In this document: one piece after another, positions 19,986 to 29,205 of the stretch
Position numbering within the stretch: the first letter of the stretch is position 1
Layout of the letters: every line of letters begins with the position of its first letter
Source: Clostridia bacterium
GTDB lineage: Bacteria > Bacillota > Peptococcia > DRI-13 > SM3-B62
Assembly (NCBI GenBank): GCA_018433675.1
Contig: JAHDQS010000006.1
Location: 2,425 to 66,424, forward strand
Direction: 5' to 3'
Length of the DNA stretch: 64,000 nucleotides
Made by a program: the position numbers and the translations under genes
The notes under the pieces: model-generated
Told to the model about the DNA's origin: nothing
Databases searched by the model: none
What the model saw: only the letters and a program-made list of their open reading frames with translations

Positions 19986-20019
19986 AAGTTGTTGTGTGAT
20001 CTTAATTTTCCGCCTACAA

Positions 20020-20559
20020 TTAAATTATCTCTTTTGCACTTTCCCAACCAAGACGCAAGGCCTTGATATTCAAATCTGCCACCTTAGCCAGCCGCATTTT
20101 TACCGCTTCTTCTAACGATTCATACGAAACAAGGTCTCCCGCTCCGGCCAGAGCACCGATTGCCAGAATATTAGTGGTCAGGGTATTACCGATTTTTTCT
20201 CGTGCCAGCTCCGTAAGAGGAAGATAAGCAACCTGAGCATTTTGGATAGGTATTTTCCCTACGTTAGTACCGTCCACAATGACCAAACCCTTATCCGCTA
20301 TCTCGCTTGCATATTTGTCGGCTGCTGCTTGGGACATAATTAATAAGTAATTGGGAATCACAACCTTAGGATGCAAAATCGGTTTCTCATCTATGATAAC
20401 TTCGGCTTTGCTGGCCCCTCCCCTGGCTTCGGGCCCGTAGCTTTGCGTCTGTACGACCTCTTTACCATCCAGGATTGCGGCTTCAGCCAAAAGAATTCCA
20501 CCGAGAATTATACCCTGGCCCCCTGTTCCGCTTAATCGTATTTCCTTCCTATTAGCCAA
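20020..20559 (-). CDS. korC: 2-oxoacid:ferredoxin oxidoreductase gamma subunit
   Basis: 179 aa with GTGGQG near the N-terminus, in a four-gene kor layout. Confidence 0.85.
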   Translation of the reverse strand: MANRKEIRLSGTGGQGIILGGILLAEAAILDGKEVVQTQSYGPEARGGASKAEVIIDEKPILHPKVVIPNYLLIMSQAAADKYASEIADKGLVIVDGTNVGKIPIQNAQVAYLPLTELAREKIGNTLTTNILAIGALAGAGDLVSYESLEEAVKMRLAKVADLNIKALRLGWESAKEII

Positions 20560-20560
20560 T

Positions 20561-21382
20561 TTATTCAGCTCCCTTCTGGAAACGAGCTATTAGTTCATCG
20601 TACTTTTGTGTAAACTCCGGGGCTTCCTCTTTGTATAATTCGCCGACAAGAATTTTCCCCGCGACCTTCTCAGGCGGTAATTTTGAAGCGGCTTTAACCG
20701 GTACACTGTTTTCTTTAAGCCATTCCATCATTTGCGGGGCCGTACCCATTTTGTTCCTGCGGCCATAAGAAATTGGACAGATGCTTACTGCTTCAACAAA
20801 GGAAAAACCTTTATTCTCAATAGCTCCTTTTATCATCTCAGTGAGTACCTTCGTATGGAATACCGTTCCTCTTCCGATAAAGGTTGCACCGGCTCCTTTT
20901 ACCAGGTCACAAATATTAAATGCCCTATCAAAATTACCGTACGGTGCAGTAGTCGCAAATTTACCATGAGGAGTTAGTGGTGAATATTGTCCTCCTGTCA
21001 TGCCATAAATGTTATTATTAAACATCACCACATTAATATCTATATTTCGACGGGCTGCATGAATCAAATGGTTACCGCCAATAGCCGAACCGTCCCCATC
21101 CCCTGTTACCACGAACACGTTCAATTCAGGCTTGGCAAGCTTCACACCTGTAGCAAAAGCAAGAGCCCTCCCGTGTGTAGTATGAAGAGTATCAAAATTC
21201 ATATAACCGGTAGCACGGGAAGAACAGCCTATTCCCGAGACAACGACAGTCTTTTTTGTGTCAATACCGGTACTATTAATTGCCTCAAGCATAGCCTTCA
21301 TGACAATACCGTTCCCGCAGCCGGGGCACCAAATATGCGGCATCTTATCCTGTCGCAGCAACTTTTCAATGTCCTTTAGCAT
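20561..21382 (-). CDS. korB: 2-oxoacid:ferredoxin oxidoreductase beta subunit (TPP-binding)
   Basis: 273 aa with WCPGCGNG and GDGDGSAIGGNH TPP motifs. Confidence 0.9.
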   Translation of the reverse strand: MLKDIEKLLRQDKMPHIWCPGCGNGIVMKAMLEAINSTGIDTKKTVVVSGIGCSSRATGYMNFDTLHTTHGRALAFATGVKLAKPELNVFVVTGDGDGSAIGGNHLIHAARRNIDINVVMFNNNIYGMTGGQYSPLTPHGKFATTAPYGNFDRAFNICDLVKGAGATFIGRGTVFHTKVLTEMIKGAIENKGFSFVEAVSICPISYGRRNKMGTAPQMMEWLKENSVPVKAASKLPPEKVAGKILVGELYKEEAPEFTQKYDELIARFQKGAE

Positions 21383-22524
21383 TTATTGGCCACCTCCTTA
21401 ACCTTGGAGACTATTTCTTGCGGTGTGATTATTTCTCCGTTTATCTTATTTATACCAACCAGCTTTTCTTTATTATCAACTACTTTCTTTATTTCTCCCC
21501 GGATTTGACCCATATTCATTTCCGGAACAAAGATTGTTTTCTTATCTTTACAGTATTCCTGCACTATTTCTTCTGGAAAAGGCCAGATGGTTTGAAGTTG
21601 GAAAAGGCCAATTTTCATGCCTTCTTTTCTTAAGATTTCAACAGCCTCCATCGCAGGACGTACAGTCCCTCCAAAGGTGATAAATAAGTACTCGGCATCT
21701 TCGATCTTATATGTTTTATATAATGTAATTTCTTCTTGATACTTCTCAACTTTTGTCAACAGCCTCATCAACTGCTTTTCGATAACATCTGTCTTTCCGG
21801 TTGGGAAACCGGTCTCATCATGATTCAAGCCAGTAACATGCCAGCGATACCCGGTGCCAAAGTCGGCCATTTCCGGAATCCCTGTTTCATCAGTTTCATA
21901 CGGCAAATATTTCTCAGCCGGAGTTGAAGGCCGTTTGCGTTCGTACAGCTCCAATGTTTCTATGGCCGGAAGCTCTACTTTCTCCCTCATGTGTCCGATT
22001 GTTTCATCTAATAGTATTATGACAGGCGTCCGAAGCTTCTCAGAAAAATTAATTGCCTTGACCGTTAATTCATAAGCTTCCAACACAGAAGCCGGTGAAA
22101 CAGCAATGATAGGATGATCCCCATGGGTACCCCATCTTGCTTGCATAACATCCCCCTGAGCCGGTGCCGTCGGTCCACCGGTACTTGGCCCCATACGTTG
22201 TACATTAACTATTACACAAGGAATTTCCGTCATTGCCGCAAACCCAATATTCTCTTGCTTTAAGGAAAATCCAGGTCCACTTGTAGCGGTCATAGCCTTT
22301 GTTCCGGTCAATGCAGCACCTAATACAGCTCCCATACCGCCGATTTCATCTTCCATTTGAATAAATTTTCCACCAAGTTTCGGCAATTCTGCCGCCATAT
22401 GCTCCGCAATTTCAGTCGAGGGTGTAATAGGGTATCCCCCGAAAAACCTAACTCCCGCCTCCAAAGCTGCTATCGCACAGGCTTGATTGCCTTGTAGCAG
22501 TTGAGCTTTTCTAAGCTTTTCCAA
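21376..22524 (-). CDS. korA: 2-oxoacid:ferredoxin oxidoreductase alpha subunit
   Basis: The start is trimmed to TTG at 22524 (LEKLRKAQLLQGNQA...). It lies 8 nt after GGAGG and just after the korD stop. The longer track ORF would overlap korD. Confidence 0.85.
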   Translation of the reverse strand: MEKLRKAQLLQGNQACAIAALEAGVRFFGGYPITPSTEIAEHMAAELPKLGGKFIQMEDEIGGMGAVLGAALTGTKAMTATSGPGFSLKQENIGFAAMTEIPCVIVNVQRMGPSTGGPTAPAQGDVMQARWGTHGDHPIIAVSPASVLEAYELTVKAINFSEKLRTPVIILLDETIGHMREKVELPAIETLELYERKRPSTPAEKYLPYETDETGIPEMADFGTGYRWHVTGLNHDETGFPTGKTDVIEKQLMRLLTKVEKYQEEITLYKTYKIEDAEYLFITFGGTVRPAMEAVEILRKEGMKIGLFQLQTIWPFPEEIVQEYCKDKKTIFVPEMNMGQIRGEIKKVVDNKEKLVGINKINGEIITPQEIVSKVKEVANKC

Positions 22525-22528
22525 TGCC

Positions 22529-22723
22529 TTATCCTCCAATCTTGATGCAATAATCAGGACAGTGTTCCTCACAAATCCGACACATGATACAAGCATCCGG
22601 ATTTTTAACAACAACTTTTCCCGTATCATCTTTGTCTAATACACCCTTGGGACACAAGCCGTAGCAGATACCGCACGCTTTACACCATTTTTGGTTAATA
22701 ACTATTTTAGCCAAACAACTCAC
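22529..22723 (-). CDS. korD: 2-oxoacid:ferredoxin oxidoreductase delta subunit (2x[4Fe-4S] ferredoxin)
   Basis: 64 aa with CKACGICYGLCP and CIMCRICEEHCP motifs. Confidence 0.85.
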   Translation of the reverse strand: MSCLAKIVINQKWCKACGICYGLCPKGVLDKDDTGKVVVKNPDACIMCRICEEHCPDYCIKIGG

Positions 22724-22872
22724 CTCCAGCTTATGCAGTTCTTTATGTAGTCTCTTTTGTTTAGAGACGTTGTCTCTGTTTTTATTTTATACTTCTATAC
22801 AATAATGTCAATTCCTTTTTATATATCTATTAATAATTTTTAATTTCTGCTTGGCAATTAACCATTAAAAGT

Positions 22873-22913
22873 AAAAAAAGGACTGAATATCTTCATAAAC
22901 AGATATCCTGCCC
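22873..22913 (-). terminator. terminator after fni
   Basis: Minus strand GGGCAGGAUAUCU...AGAUAUUCAGUCC followed by UUUUUUU. Confidence 0.55.
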
Positions 22914-22948
22914 TTTTTTCTTTACTGACCGCCACTATTTCTATCTCT

Positions 22949-24007
22949 TTACCGTCTGGCGTAAACGTTCATATCTATTCCTCGCCTCTCACACCACTTT
23001 GCAGTTGTACCAAGAATGACGAGAGGAATCTTTCTGCAATCATTAATCTCTTTAATACCGGTTAAAAGCATCATTGCTTTTAATTCATCTTTAATCTCTT
23101 CAATTCTTTTTATCAACGCACTTTCGCCTTGGCAAATAATGATTTTAAGAAAATGCCCTGCTATTCCTGCTACGGAAGCACCAATAGCAAGTGATTTCAT
23201 GATATGCTCGGCATTACTTACTCCTCCGGAGGACACAATGGTAAGAGGCAGCTTAAGACTTTGCACCTCCAATAATGAAGCAACGGTTGGAATCCCCCAT
23301 TCCCTCAAAAACCCTAGCCTTGTTTCAGGGGTACGAGCCGACTCAATACAGGCAAAGTTTGTCCCTCCCCTGCCACTTACATCGACTGCACGCACGCCCA
23401 TTTCATACAAGGATTTGGCTGTTTCCCTGGAAACACCAAAACCTACCTCCTTCAACATTACCGGTACAGATACTTTGCTGATGATTTCTTGAATGTTCTC
23501 ACAAATCCGACGGAAATCCCTGTCACCCTCAGGCATGATTAATTCTTGAGCAGAATTCATATGAAGCTGCAACGCGTCTGCTTCAATCATCTCCACGGCT
23601 TGGCAAGCAAAGAGCGGATCAGCCAGGGCACTGACATTTGCCATTACTAAACCTTGCGGGTTTTCTTTCCTGACAATTTCAAAGGTATGTCTTACCTCCT
23701 TGTTGAAAATCCCTGCCGTTTGTGACCCAACGGCTATTCCGACCCTAGTCTCCCTTGCCACACAAGCCAAGGACCTGTTTATGCTTTCTAAGCCTTCGGC
23801 TCCGCCTGTCAGTGCATTTATCACAAGCGGAAGTTCCAGCCATTTATTGAACAACCTACTTCTTGTCTCTATTTCCTGTAAATCGTGTAGCGGCAAGGCC
23901 TGATGGATTAAGGATACATCTTCCCATCCGGCCGTTTTGTAATTATCTTCAGCCTGTAAAGCATAAACAATATGCTCATGCTTCCGTTTTTCTCTTTTTT
24001 CCCCCAT
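22949..24007 (-). CDS. fni: type 2 isopentenyl-diphosphate delta-isomerase (FMN-dependent)
   Basis: 352 aa TIM-barrel FMN protein with the SGGVSN glycine-rich FMN loop and typical length. Confidence 0.85.
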   Translation of the reverse strand: MGEKREKRKHEHIVYALQAEDNYKTAGWEDVSLIHQALPLHDLQEIETRSRLFNKWLELPLVINALTGGAEGLESINRSLACVARETRVGIAVGSQTAGIFNKEVRHTFEIVRKENPQGLVMANVSALADPLFACQAVEMIEADALQLHMNSAQELIMPEGDRDFRRICENIQEIISKVSVPVMLKEVGFGVSRETAKSLYEMGVRAVDVSGRGGTNFACIESARTPETRLGFLREWGIPTVASLLEVQSLKLPLTIVSSGGVSNAEHIMKSLAIGASVAGIAGHFLKIIICQGESALIKRIEEIKDELKAMMLLTGIKEINDCRKIPLVILGTTAKWCERRGIDMNVYARR

Positions 24008-24063
24008 TATCTTCCCACCCCTATCTCGATATTCCCATCTGCGAAGTATCCGTGACCGGTGTA

Positions 24064-24090
24064 GAAAAAAGCCGGCACCGCCGGCTTTTT
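24064..24090 (-). terminator. rho-independent terminator after ispH-S1
   Basis: Minus strand AAAAAGCCGGCGGUGCCGGCUUUUUU. Confidence 0.8.
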
Positions 24091-24096
24091 GGCACT

Positions 24097-26268
24097 TTAT
24101 AGTTCCCCATTGTTTTCCCGTAATATATCACCTATTGTAACACCTGAATCCTTATCCTCCTGATGATCAAGATAAGACTTCATCGCAGCATTTTCCTTAT
24201 CAGTAGCTACATCTTTCAGACTCAAGCTAATGCGTTTTTTAACCGGATCAATGTCCAGTATCTTGACATCAACCTCTTGCCCTGCTTGAAGAACATCTTC
24301 AACCTTGTTAACACGATTAACAGAAAGCTGTGAAATATGAGCCAATCCTTCAACTCCGGGCTCAACCTCAATAAAAGCACCAAAGGAGGCTAATCTTTTT
24401 ACCTTACCCGGAACAACCATTCCCGAGGACAACTTCTCTAATGCATTATCCCACGGGCTTTTTAGCAGTTCCTTCAAACTGAGGGAAAGCTTTTTCTTTT
24501 CACGATCAACCTTAATAATCAAAACCTCAACCTCATCACCTTCATTTAAAACCTCAGAAGGGGTCTCTATCCTTTGCCAACTCATTTCTGAAATGTGCAA
24601 AAGACCGTCAATCCCGCCGATATCCACAAAAGCCCCAAAACCGGCCAGACGCCTCACAATACCTTTCCGTGTTTCCCCTTCCTTGATTTCATCCCAGATT
24701 TCTTCTGCTTTCTGCTGGTATTCCTCTTCCAGAACTACCTTCTGGGAAAGTACGGCTTTTTTCTTCTCTCTGTCCAGTTCAAGAACCTTCATTCTCAATT
24801 TTTGTCCCACAAACTGACTCAGGTCTTCGACATATTTACGATCCACTTGAGAGGCAGGCATAAAACCGCGTATTCCTACATCGACCAATAAACCACCCTT
24901 AACAACTTCAATTACGGACGCTTCAATAATTTCTTTATTCTCAAAGGCCTTCTCAAGCATGTTCAGTGTTTCCCCCAGCATAGCCAGCTTATGGGATAAA
25001 ATAATATTTCCTTCTTTGCTTTCCTTTACAATCTCAACACTTATTTCCTGTCCGACAGAAACAAACTCCTGCGGATCAACTCTTCTATATGACAACTCAC
25101 CTGCCGGGATAATACCCTCTGATTTTCCTCCGATATCAACCAATACCTCATCGGACGATACCTTAACCACAGTGCCGTTTACAATTTCACCAGCCTGGAA
25201 ATTGCGGAAGTCCAATTGTTCCTCAATGTCGGAGATATCCTGCCTTTCTTCTTCTCTGTCTTCCTCTGCTTGCAGTTTTTGTGTTTCATCCACAGCTTCT
25301 TCTCCCACTTGTTCATTTGCTTCTTCTGTTATGCTCTCTTCTTCTTCTACTATTTCTTCTTCTCTTAGCTCTTCTCTTACTTCCTCATTTACTTCCTCTG
25401 TCTGTACAGTATTCTCTTTTTGTAGATCGGCATAGTCTTGCATTCTCTCAACAACCTCCTTAATTATCCATGCTGGGGTAGAAGCCCCTGCTGTCATTCC
25501 TACCGTATATTTATCCTTAAACCAAACTTGGTCCATTTCTTCCGGTATTTCAACCAAAAAACTGTTTGGATTTTTTTCCCTGCATATTTCCCACAACTTA
25601 TTTGTATTAGAGCTATGTCGTCCCCCTACGATGATCATCACATCAACCTGCCCTGCTAGTTTAGCGGCAGCTTCCTGCCTTTCCTTTGTAGCCTTGCAGA
25701 TGGTATTAAAAACCTCTACTTTGGGAACTTTCTCCCGCAGGAAAGCGACAATTTCCTCAAACCTTTTCTCCTTCTCAGTAGTCTGAGCAAGTACCGTAAC
25801 CCTATCTGTCAACTTCGTGTCCTGCAAATCTTTTACGGATGCCACCACTATTGCGGTATTATCGGTCCATTCTTTGATAGCCTTAACTTCAGGATGCTCC
25901 TTATTACCGAGAATAATCACCTGCCGGTCTTCCTGAAAAGCCTTCTGCGCCAGAGATTGTACCCTTGCAACATAAGGACAGGTAGCATCAATGATACGCC
26001 AGTTCTCTTCATTTAGTCTCTTAATAACCTGCGGACCGACACCATGTGACCTTATAATAACTGTGTCTTCATCCCCATTAGGCTTAGGCAATTTGGCACC
26101 GTCGCATGTTCTGATGCCTAAGGCCCCCAAACGATTAGTTTCCTGGCGATTATGTATCAAAGGTCCAAGTGTAATAAGTCTCCCACCACAAGCATTGTTT
26201 TCTGCCATATCAATGGCCCTTTTCACACCAAAACAGAATCCCGCATGATCAGCAATAATAATTCGCAA
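24097..26268 (-). CDS. ispH: bifunctional 4-hydroxy-3-methylbut-2-enyl diphosphate reductase (IspH) / ribosomal protein S1-like (four S1 domains)
   Basis: The start is trimmed to TTG at 26268 (LRIIIADHAGFCFGVKRAI), after GGGGTGGG. The N-terminal ~290 aa are IspH/LytB. An acidic linker of about 70 aa follows, then repeated S1 motifs (G.V..V...G..VDIGG..G..H.S). Confidence 0.85.
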   Translation of the reverse strand: MRIIIADHAGFCFGVKRAIDMAENNACGGRLITLGPLIHNRQETNRLGALGIRTCDGAKLPKPNGDEDTVIIRSHGVGPQVIKRLNEENWRIIDATCPYVARVQSLAQKAFQEDRQVIILGNKEHPEVKAIKEWTDNTAIVVASVKDLQDTKLTDRVTVLAQTTEKEKRFEEIVAFLREKVPKVEVFNTICKATKERQEAAAKLAGQVDVMIIVGGRHSSNTNKLWEICREKNPNSFLVEIPEEMDQVWFKDKYTVGMTAGASTPAWIIKEVVERMQDYADLQKENTVQTEEVNEEVREELREEEIVEEEESITEEANEQVGEEAVDETQKLQAEEDREEERQDISDIEEQLDFRNFQAGEIVNGTVVKVSSDEVLVDIGGKSEGIIPAGELSYRRVDPQEFVSVGQEISVEIVKESKEGNIILSHKLAMLGETLNMLEKAFENKEIIEASVIEVVKGGLLVDVGIRGFMPASQVDRKYVEDLSQFVGQKLRMKVLELDREKKKAVLSQKVVLEEEYQQKAEEIWDEIKEGETRKGIVRRLAGFGAFVDIGGIDGLLHISEMSWQRIETPSEVLNEGDEVEVLIIKVDREKKKLSLSLKELLKSPWDNALEKLSSGMVVPGKVKRLASFGAFIEVEPGVEGLAHISQLSVNRVNKVEDVLQAGQEVDVKILDIDPVKKRISLSLKDVATDKENAAMKSYLDHQEDKDSGVTIGDILRENNGEL

Positions 26269-26409
26269 ATACCCACCCCACGATGCACATGAACGATATC
26301 TAATTATTGAATAATATATGTATATAAATATTAAATACAAGCCATTGTATCATAAACAAGCGCTATGATGCAAACCAACACGTTAGCGTCATGCACCGGA
26401 TTTTTAAAC

Positions 26410-27015
26410 TCAAACTTTTTGACTTAACATTTTCCTAATCTCCCCTTTTACCTCAGCCGTTACTTTTTCTATCTCTTCGGATTTTACCTTCCTTTTGTAT
26501 AATTCAGGATAATACATTGGCTTGCCTATTTTGACAACCAATTTCCCCCGGACAGTTGCGGGAAAAGTCGTTCTGGTTCCGCTAAGAGCGATGGGAATAA
26601 TCGGCACACCGGCTTTAATGGCTATTAAGGCCATCCCTTGTTGAAAGGGCAACAGTTCCTGAGCATCATTCCTTCTTCCCTCAGGAAAAATGCCCAGTAT
26701 TTCACCTTGTTCCAAATAAGCAAAGGATTTACGCAAAGCACTCCGGTCAACACTATCCCTTTTGACAGGAAAACACTCTAGAAAATTAAATATTTTCCCA
26801 ATCAACGGGATTTTAAACAGTTCTTCCTTCGCCATAAAATGGACAACTCTGTCGATTGAACACCCAACGGCAGGAGGATCCCAATTGGAACTGTGATTTG
26901 CGGTTAAAATCGCCGGACCATTGAGCGGAATATTCTCTTTGCCTTCAATCACCCAAGAGTTGAATACTTTTAAATATGCTTTAACAAGAGCACGGACTAT
27001 CTTATATACTATCAT
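26410..27015 (-). CDS. plsC: 1-acyl-sn-glycerol-3-phosphate acyltransferase
   Basis: 201 aa with NHSSNWDP (HX4D) and FPEGRR motifs. Confidence 0.85.
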   Translation of the reverse strand: MIVYKIVRALVKAYLKVFNSWVIEGKENIPLNGPAILTANHSSNWDPPAVGCSIDRVVHFMAKEELFKIPLIGKIFNFLECFPVKRDSVDRSALRKSFAYLEQGEILGIFPEGRRNDAQELLPFQQGMALIAIKAGVPIIPIALSGTRTTFPATVRGKLVVKIGKPMYYPELYKRKVKSEEIEKVTAEVKGEIRKMLSQKV

Positions 27016-27685
27016 CTTTTTCTCCTCTTTTTTCCCGATATATGCCCATAATAGCCTCTGTTACTTCCTCCCTGCTCAAACCGGTCGTATCAATCACAAC
27101 AGCATCCGGCGCCGGGCGCAAAGGCCCTACTGCTCTCTTTTTATCGATAAGGTCCCTTTTTTCTATTTCCCTTTTCACCTCTGAAAACTCTCCGGTATAC
27201 CCTTTATCGACATTCTCACGATACCTTCTTTTCGCTCTTTCCTCAAGTTCGGCTGTAAGAAATATCTTTATTTCAGCATCAGGTAAAACAACCGTCCCAA
27301 TATCCCGCCCATCCATAACCACATCACGATCGGCTGCAAGCTCTTGCTGCTTCTTCACAAGCGCTTCTCTTACACTTTTGTGTTTCGATACCTCCGAAAC
27401 ACTTTGAGATACACTCGGCTCTCTAATCGCCTCCGTTACGTCCTCCTTATTGCATATCACCTGCTGACTTCCATTGATTATCGGGCCTAATTCTATCTTG
27501 GTTTCCTCAGCCAAGTTCGAAAGACCTTCGTCGTTATCGCAGGAAATCCCTTTTTGCAAAGCGGCATATGTCAGTGCCCTATACATGGCCCCTGTGTCAA
27601 TATATAAAAATTCCAGTCTCTGTGCAAGCCCTTTTGCGATTGTGCTTTTCCCGGCACCTGCCGGCCCATCAATAGCTATTTGAAT
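27002..27685 (-). CDS. cmk: cytidylate kinase (start codon unclear)
   Basis: The P-loop IAIDGPAGAGKST is encoded upstream of the track start. That frame has TGA at 27694-27692 and no ATG, GTG or TTG before the P-loop. ATT at 27685 is the best in-frame candidate, and an ATG at 27695 is 1 nt out of frame. Confidence 0.7.
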   Translation of the reverse strand: MQIAIDGPAGAGKSTIAKGLAQRLEFLYIDTGAMYRALTYAALQKGISCDNDEGLSNLAEETKIELGPIINGSQQVICNKEDVTEAIREPSVSQSVSEVSKHKSVREALVKKQQELAADRDVVMDGRDIGTVVLPDAEIKIFLTAELEERAKRRYRENVDKGYTGEFSEVKREIEKRDLIDKKRAVGPLRPAPDAVVIDTTGLSREEVTEAIMGIYREKRGEKDDSI

Positions 27686-27779
27686 CGGAGCTCATTCCTT
27701 TCATCAACCACATCATTGTATGTTAAACTAAAGAATCCCCCGAAGTACCTCTCAGGAGATTGTTTGATTCGACGCGCAA

Positions 27780-28136
27780 TCAGGAAATATCAGGGCGCAA
27801 ACTCTTGGCCTCATTTAAATAGACAGGGTTAATTTTACTTCCTTCTTGCATGTAAGCATGGATCAAAACCCTGATGCACCTTGCTACACCATGGGGTACA
27901 GCTGCTTCGACCGCACCAAGCAATGCTACGTCAGTCCAGCCCATAATCCTACAGGCCTTGGCAGGAAACTCAGCATTTAAATCGTCTGTGGTCGTAAAAA
28001 TCATGCTGACAACATTCTCTTGTTTTATTCCGTTCTTTTCGATTATCTCTCGTAACAGACGTTCAGTTTCCCTCAGTATACTCTCTTTGTCATTTGAGCT
28101 TACCGATGTGGCGCCACGAATTCCATATAATCTCAT
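27780..28136 (-). CDS. aroH: chorismate mutase, AroH class
   Basis: 118 aa. MRLYGIRGATSV at the start and the overall length are typical of AroH-type monofunctional chorismate mutase. Confidence 0.8.
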   Translation of the reverse strand: MRLYGIRGATSVSSNDKESILRETERLLREIIEKNGIKQENVVSMIFTTTDDLNAEFPAKACRIMGWTDVALLGAVEAAVPHGVARCIRVLIHAYMQEGSKINPVYLNEAKSLRPDIS

Positions 28137-28142
28137 CCCATC

Positions 28143-28568
28143 TCACTCCCGAATAGGCGATGCCCGGTGGCTCAAACCAATAGCCACCTCATCTAAATGA
28201 ATTAAACCAATTCCTAAAAACACCGCAACACTGATATGATCATCCTGACGGGCAATACCGATCTTCCCGCCAACATTTAGCCCCATAGCCTTTGGCATAA
28301 TCTGCGAAATCGCCTCTCGCGTCGCTCCGGCCACAGCCCCTTCATCAGCATGGTTATCGGCAATGACTTTTTCTCTTTTTGCCGATACGATCGCCCGCTC
28401 GATCATTTTTTTTATTGAGGATACAAACTCTCCACCCACATCGACAGCCGCGGTCTTGATTTCTATCGAAGCATACCTCTTTTTTAACTCGACCTCCTCA
28501 TCCCTACTCTCAGACAAGGCCATTTCTATAGCTGCAAAGGCAATCTTTTTTGAACCAAATTTCATCAT
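28143..28568 (-). CDS. HutP-superfamily protein (paralog 1)
   Basis: 141 aa. NHADEGAVAGATREA and DHISVAVFLGIGLIHLDEVAIGLSHR align by eye with B. subtilis HutP HALYHATMEA and DWIAVSLYGTIG...FGVGINHI. Confidence 0.6.
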   Translation of the reverse strand: MMKFGSKKIAFAAIEMALSESRDEEVELKKRYASIEIKTAAVDVGGEFVSSIKKMIERAIVSAKREKVIADNHADEGAVAGATREAISQIMPKAMGLNVGGKIGIARQDDHISVAVFLGIGLIHLDEVAIGLSHRASPIRE

Positions 28569-28662
28569 GCACCATCTCCGTCCGTATACCTCAATGGAAT
28601 TATATTACACCAGGCCTGTTATTTCAACTATTTTATAATAAGAACCCCACCCAACAACGCAA

Positions 28663-29205
28663 TCAAAGATTGCTGTTGGGTCCCGGGAACCTTGTTGTAT
28701 TCACAATAATACCGTCGAAATGCAACACTCCTTTACCATGTACACTGCTGTTTATTTGTGGAGCCAATACATTGGGTGACTTTTTGCTGACTATTACCGT
28801 TACAGGGTTTTCCGGATCGGTGTTTTTGATCGCGGCAATATCGCCCTGCTTCACGGTAACAGTAATTTCGTTTTGCAGAAAAGTACCGGCTTCTCTCCCG
28901 TTTATCAGCAGCTTCACACCCGGCATGCTCACACGATCTAACAGTTTAAAGCTTACGACAGCCCATGGCGCATGGGAGACACCGCCAACAGAAGAAACCG
29001 AATCGGCACTTTTAAGGGGTTCTCCCTCCAGCCATAACGCGGTATTTATTAAAGGTCCGATTTCCGGATCAATAACAAGTGCCGACTGTGCCAATACCAT
29101 CACCAGCAGAAGCAGTAATATTGAGTAAAGCAATAGTCCATTAATTCTTTTCGTTAAAATGCGTTTATTCTTTAGACGTCTTTCCTTGCGTTTTTCCACA
29201 AACAT
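28663..29205 (-). CDS. hypothetical membrane-anchored protein
   Basis: It has a basic N-terminus, one TM (LLLYSILLLLLVMVLA) and an extracytoplasmic domain. The start is uncertain. The internal ATG at 29205 is used, which still overlaps the rluB 3' end. Confidence 0.4.
   Translation of the reverse strand: MFVEKRKERRLKNKRILTKRINGLLLYSILLLLLVMVLAQSALVIDPEIGPLINTALWLEGEPLKSADSVSSVGGVSHAPWAVVSFKLLDRVSMPGVKLLINGREAGTFLQNEITVTVKQGDIAAIKNTDPENPVTVIVSKKSPNVLAPQINSSVHGKGVLHFDGIIVNTTRFPGPNSNL

Noticed and set aside
22750-22777. Three copies of GTCTCT/AGAGAC in the korD 5' region could form two mutually exclusive hairpins.
   Set aside because: The stems are only 6 bp, no U tract follows on the coding strand, and the region is AT-rich. 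The evidence for an attenuator is insufficient.
24593-25463. A cluster of plus-strand ORFs, including Leu/Ser-rich ones, opposite the S1 domains and the acidic linker of ispH-S1.
   Set aside because: They are the complement of GAA/GAG-rich coding DNA, which gives long TTC/CTC-rich open frames. This is an artefact of composition.
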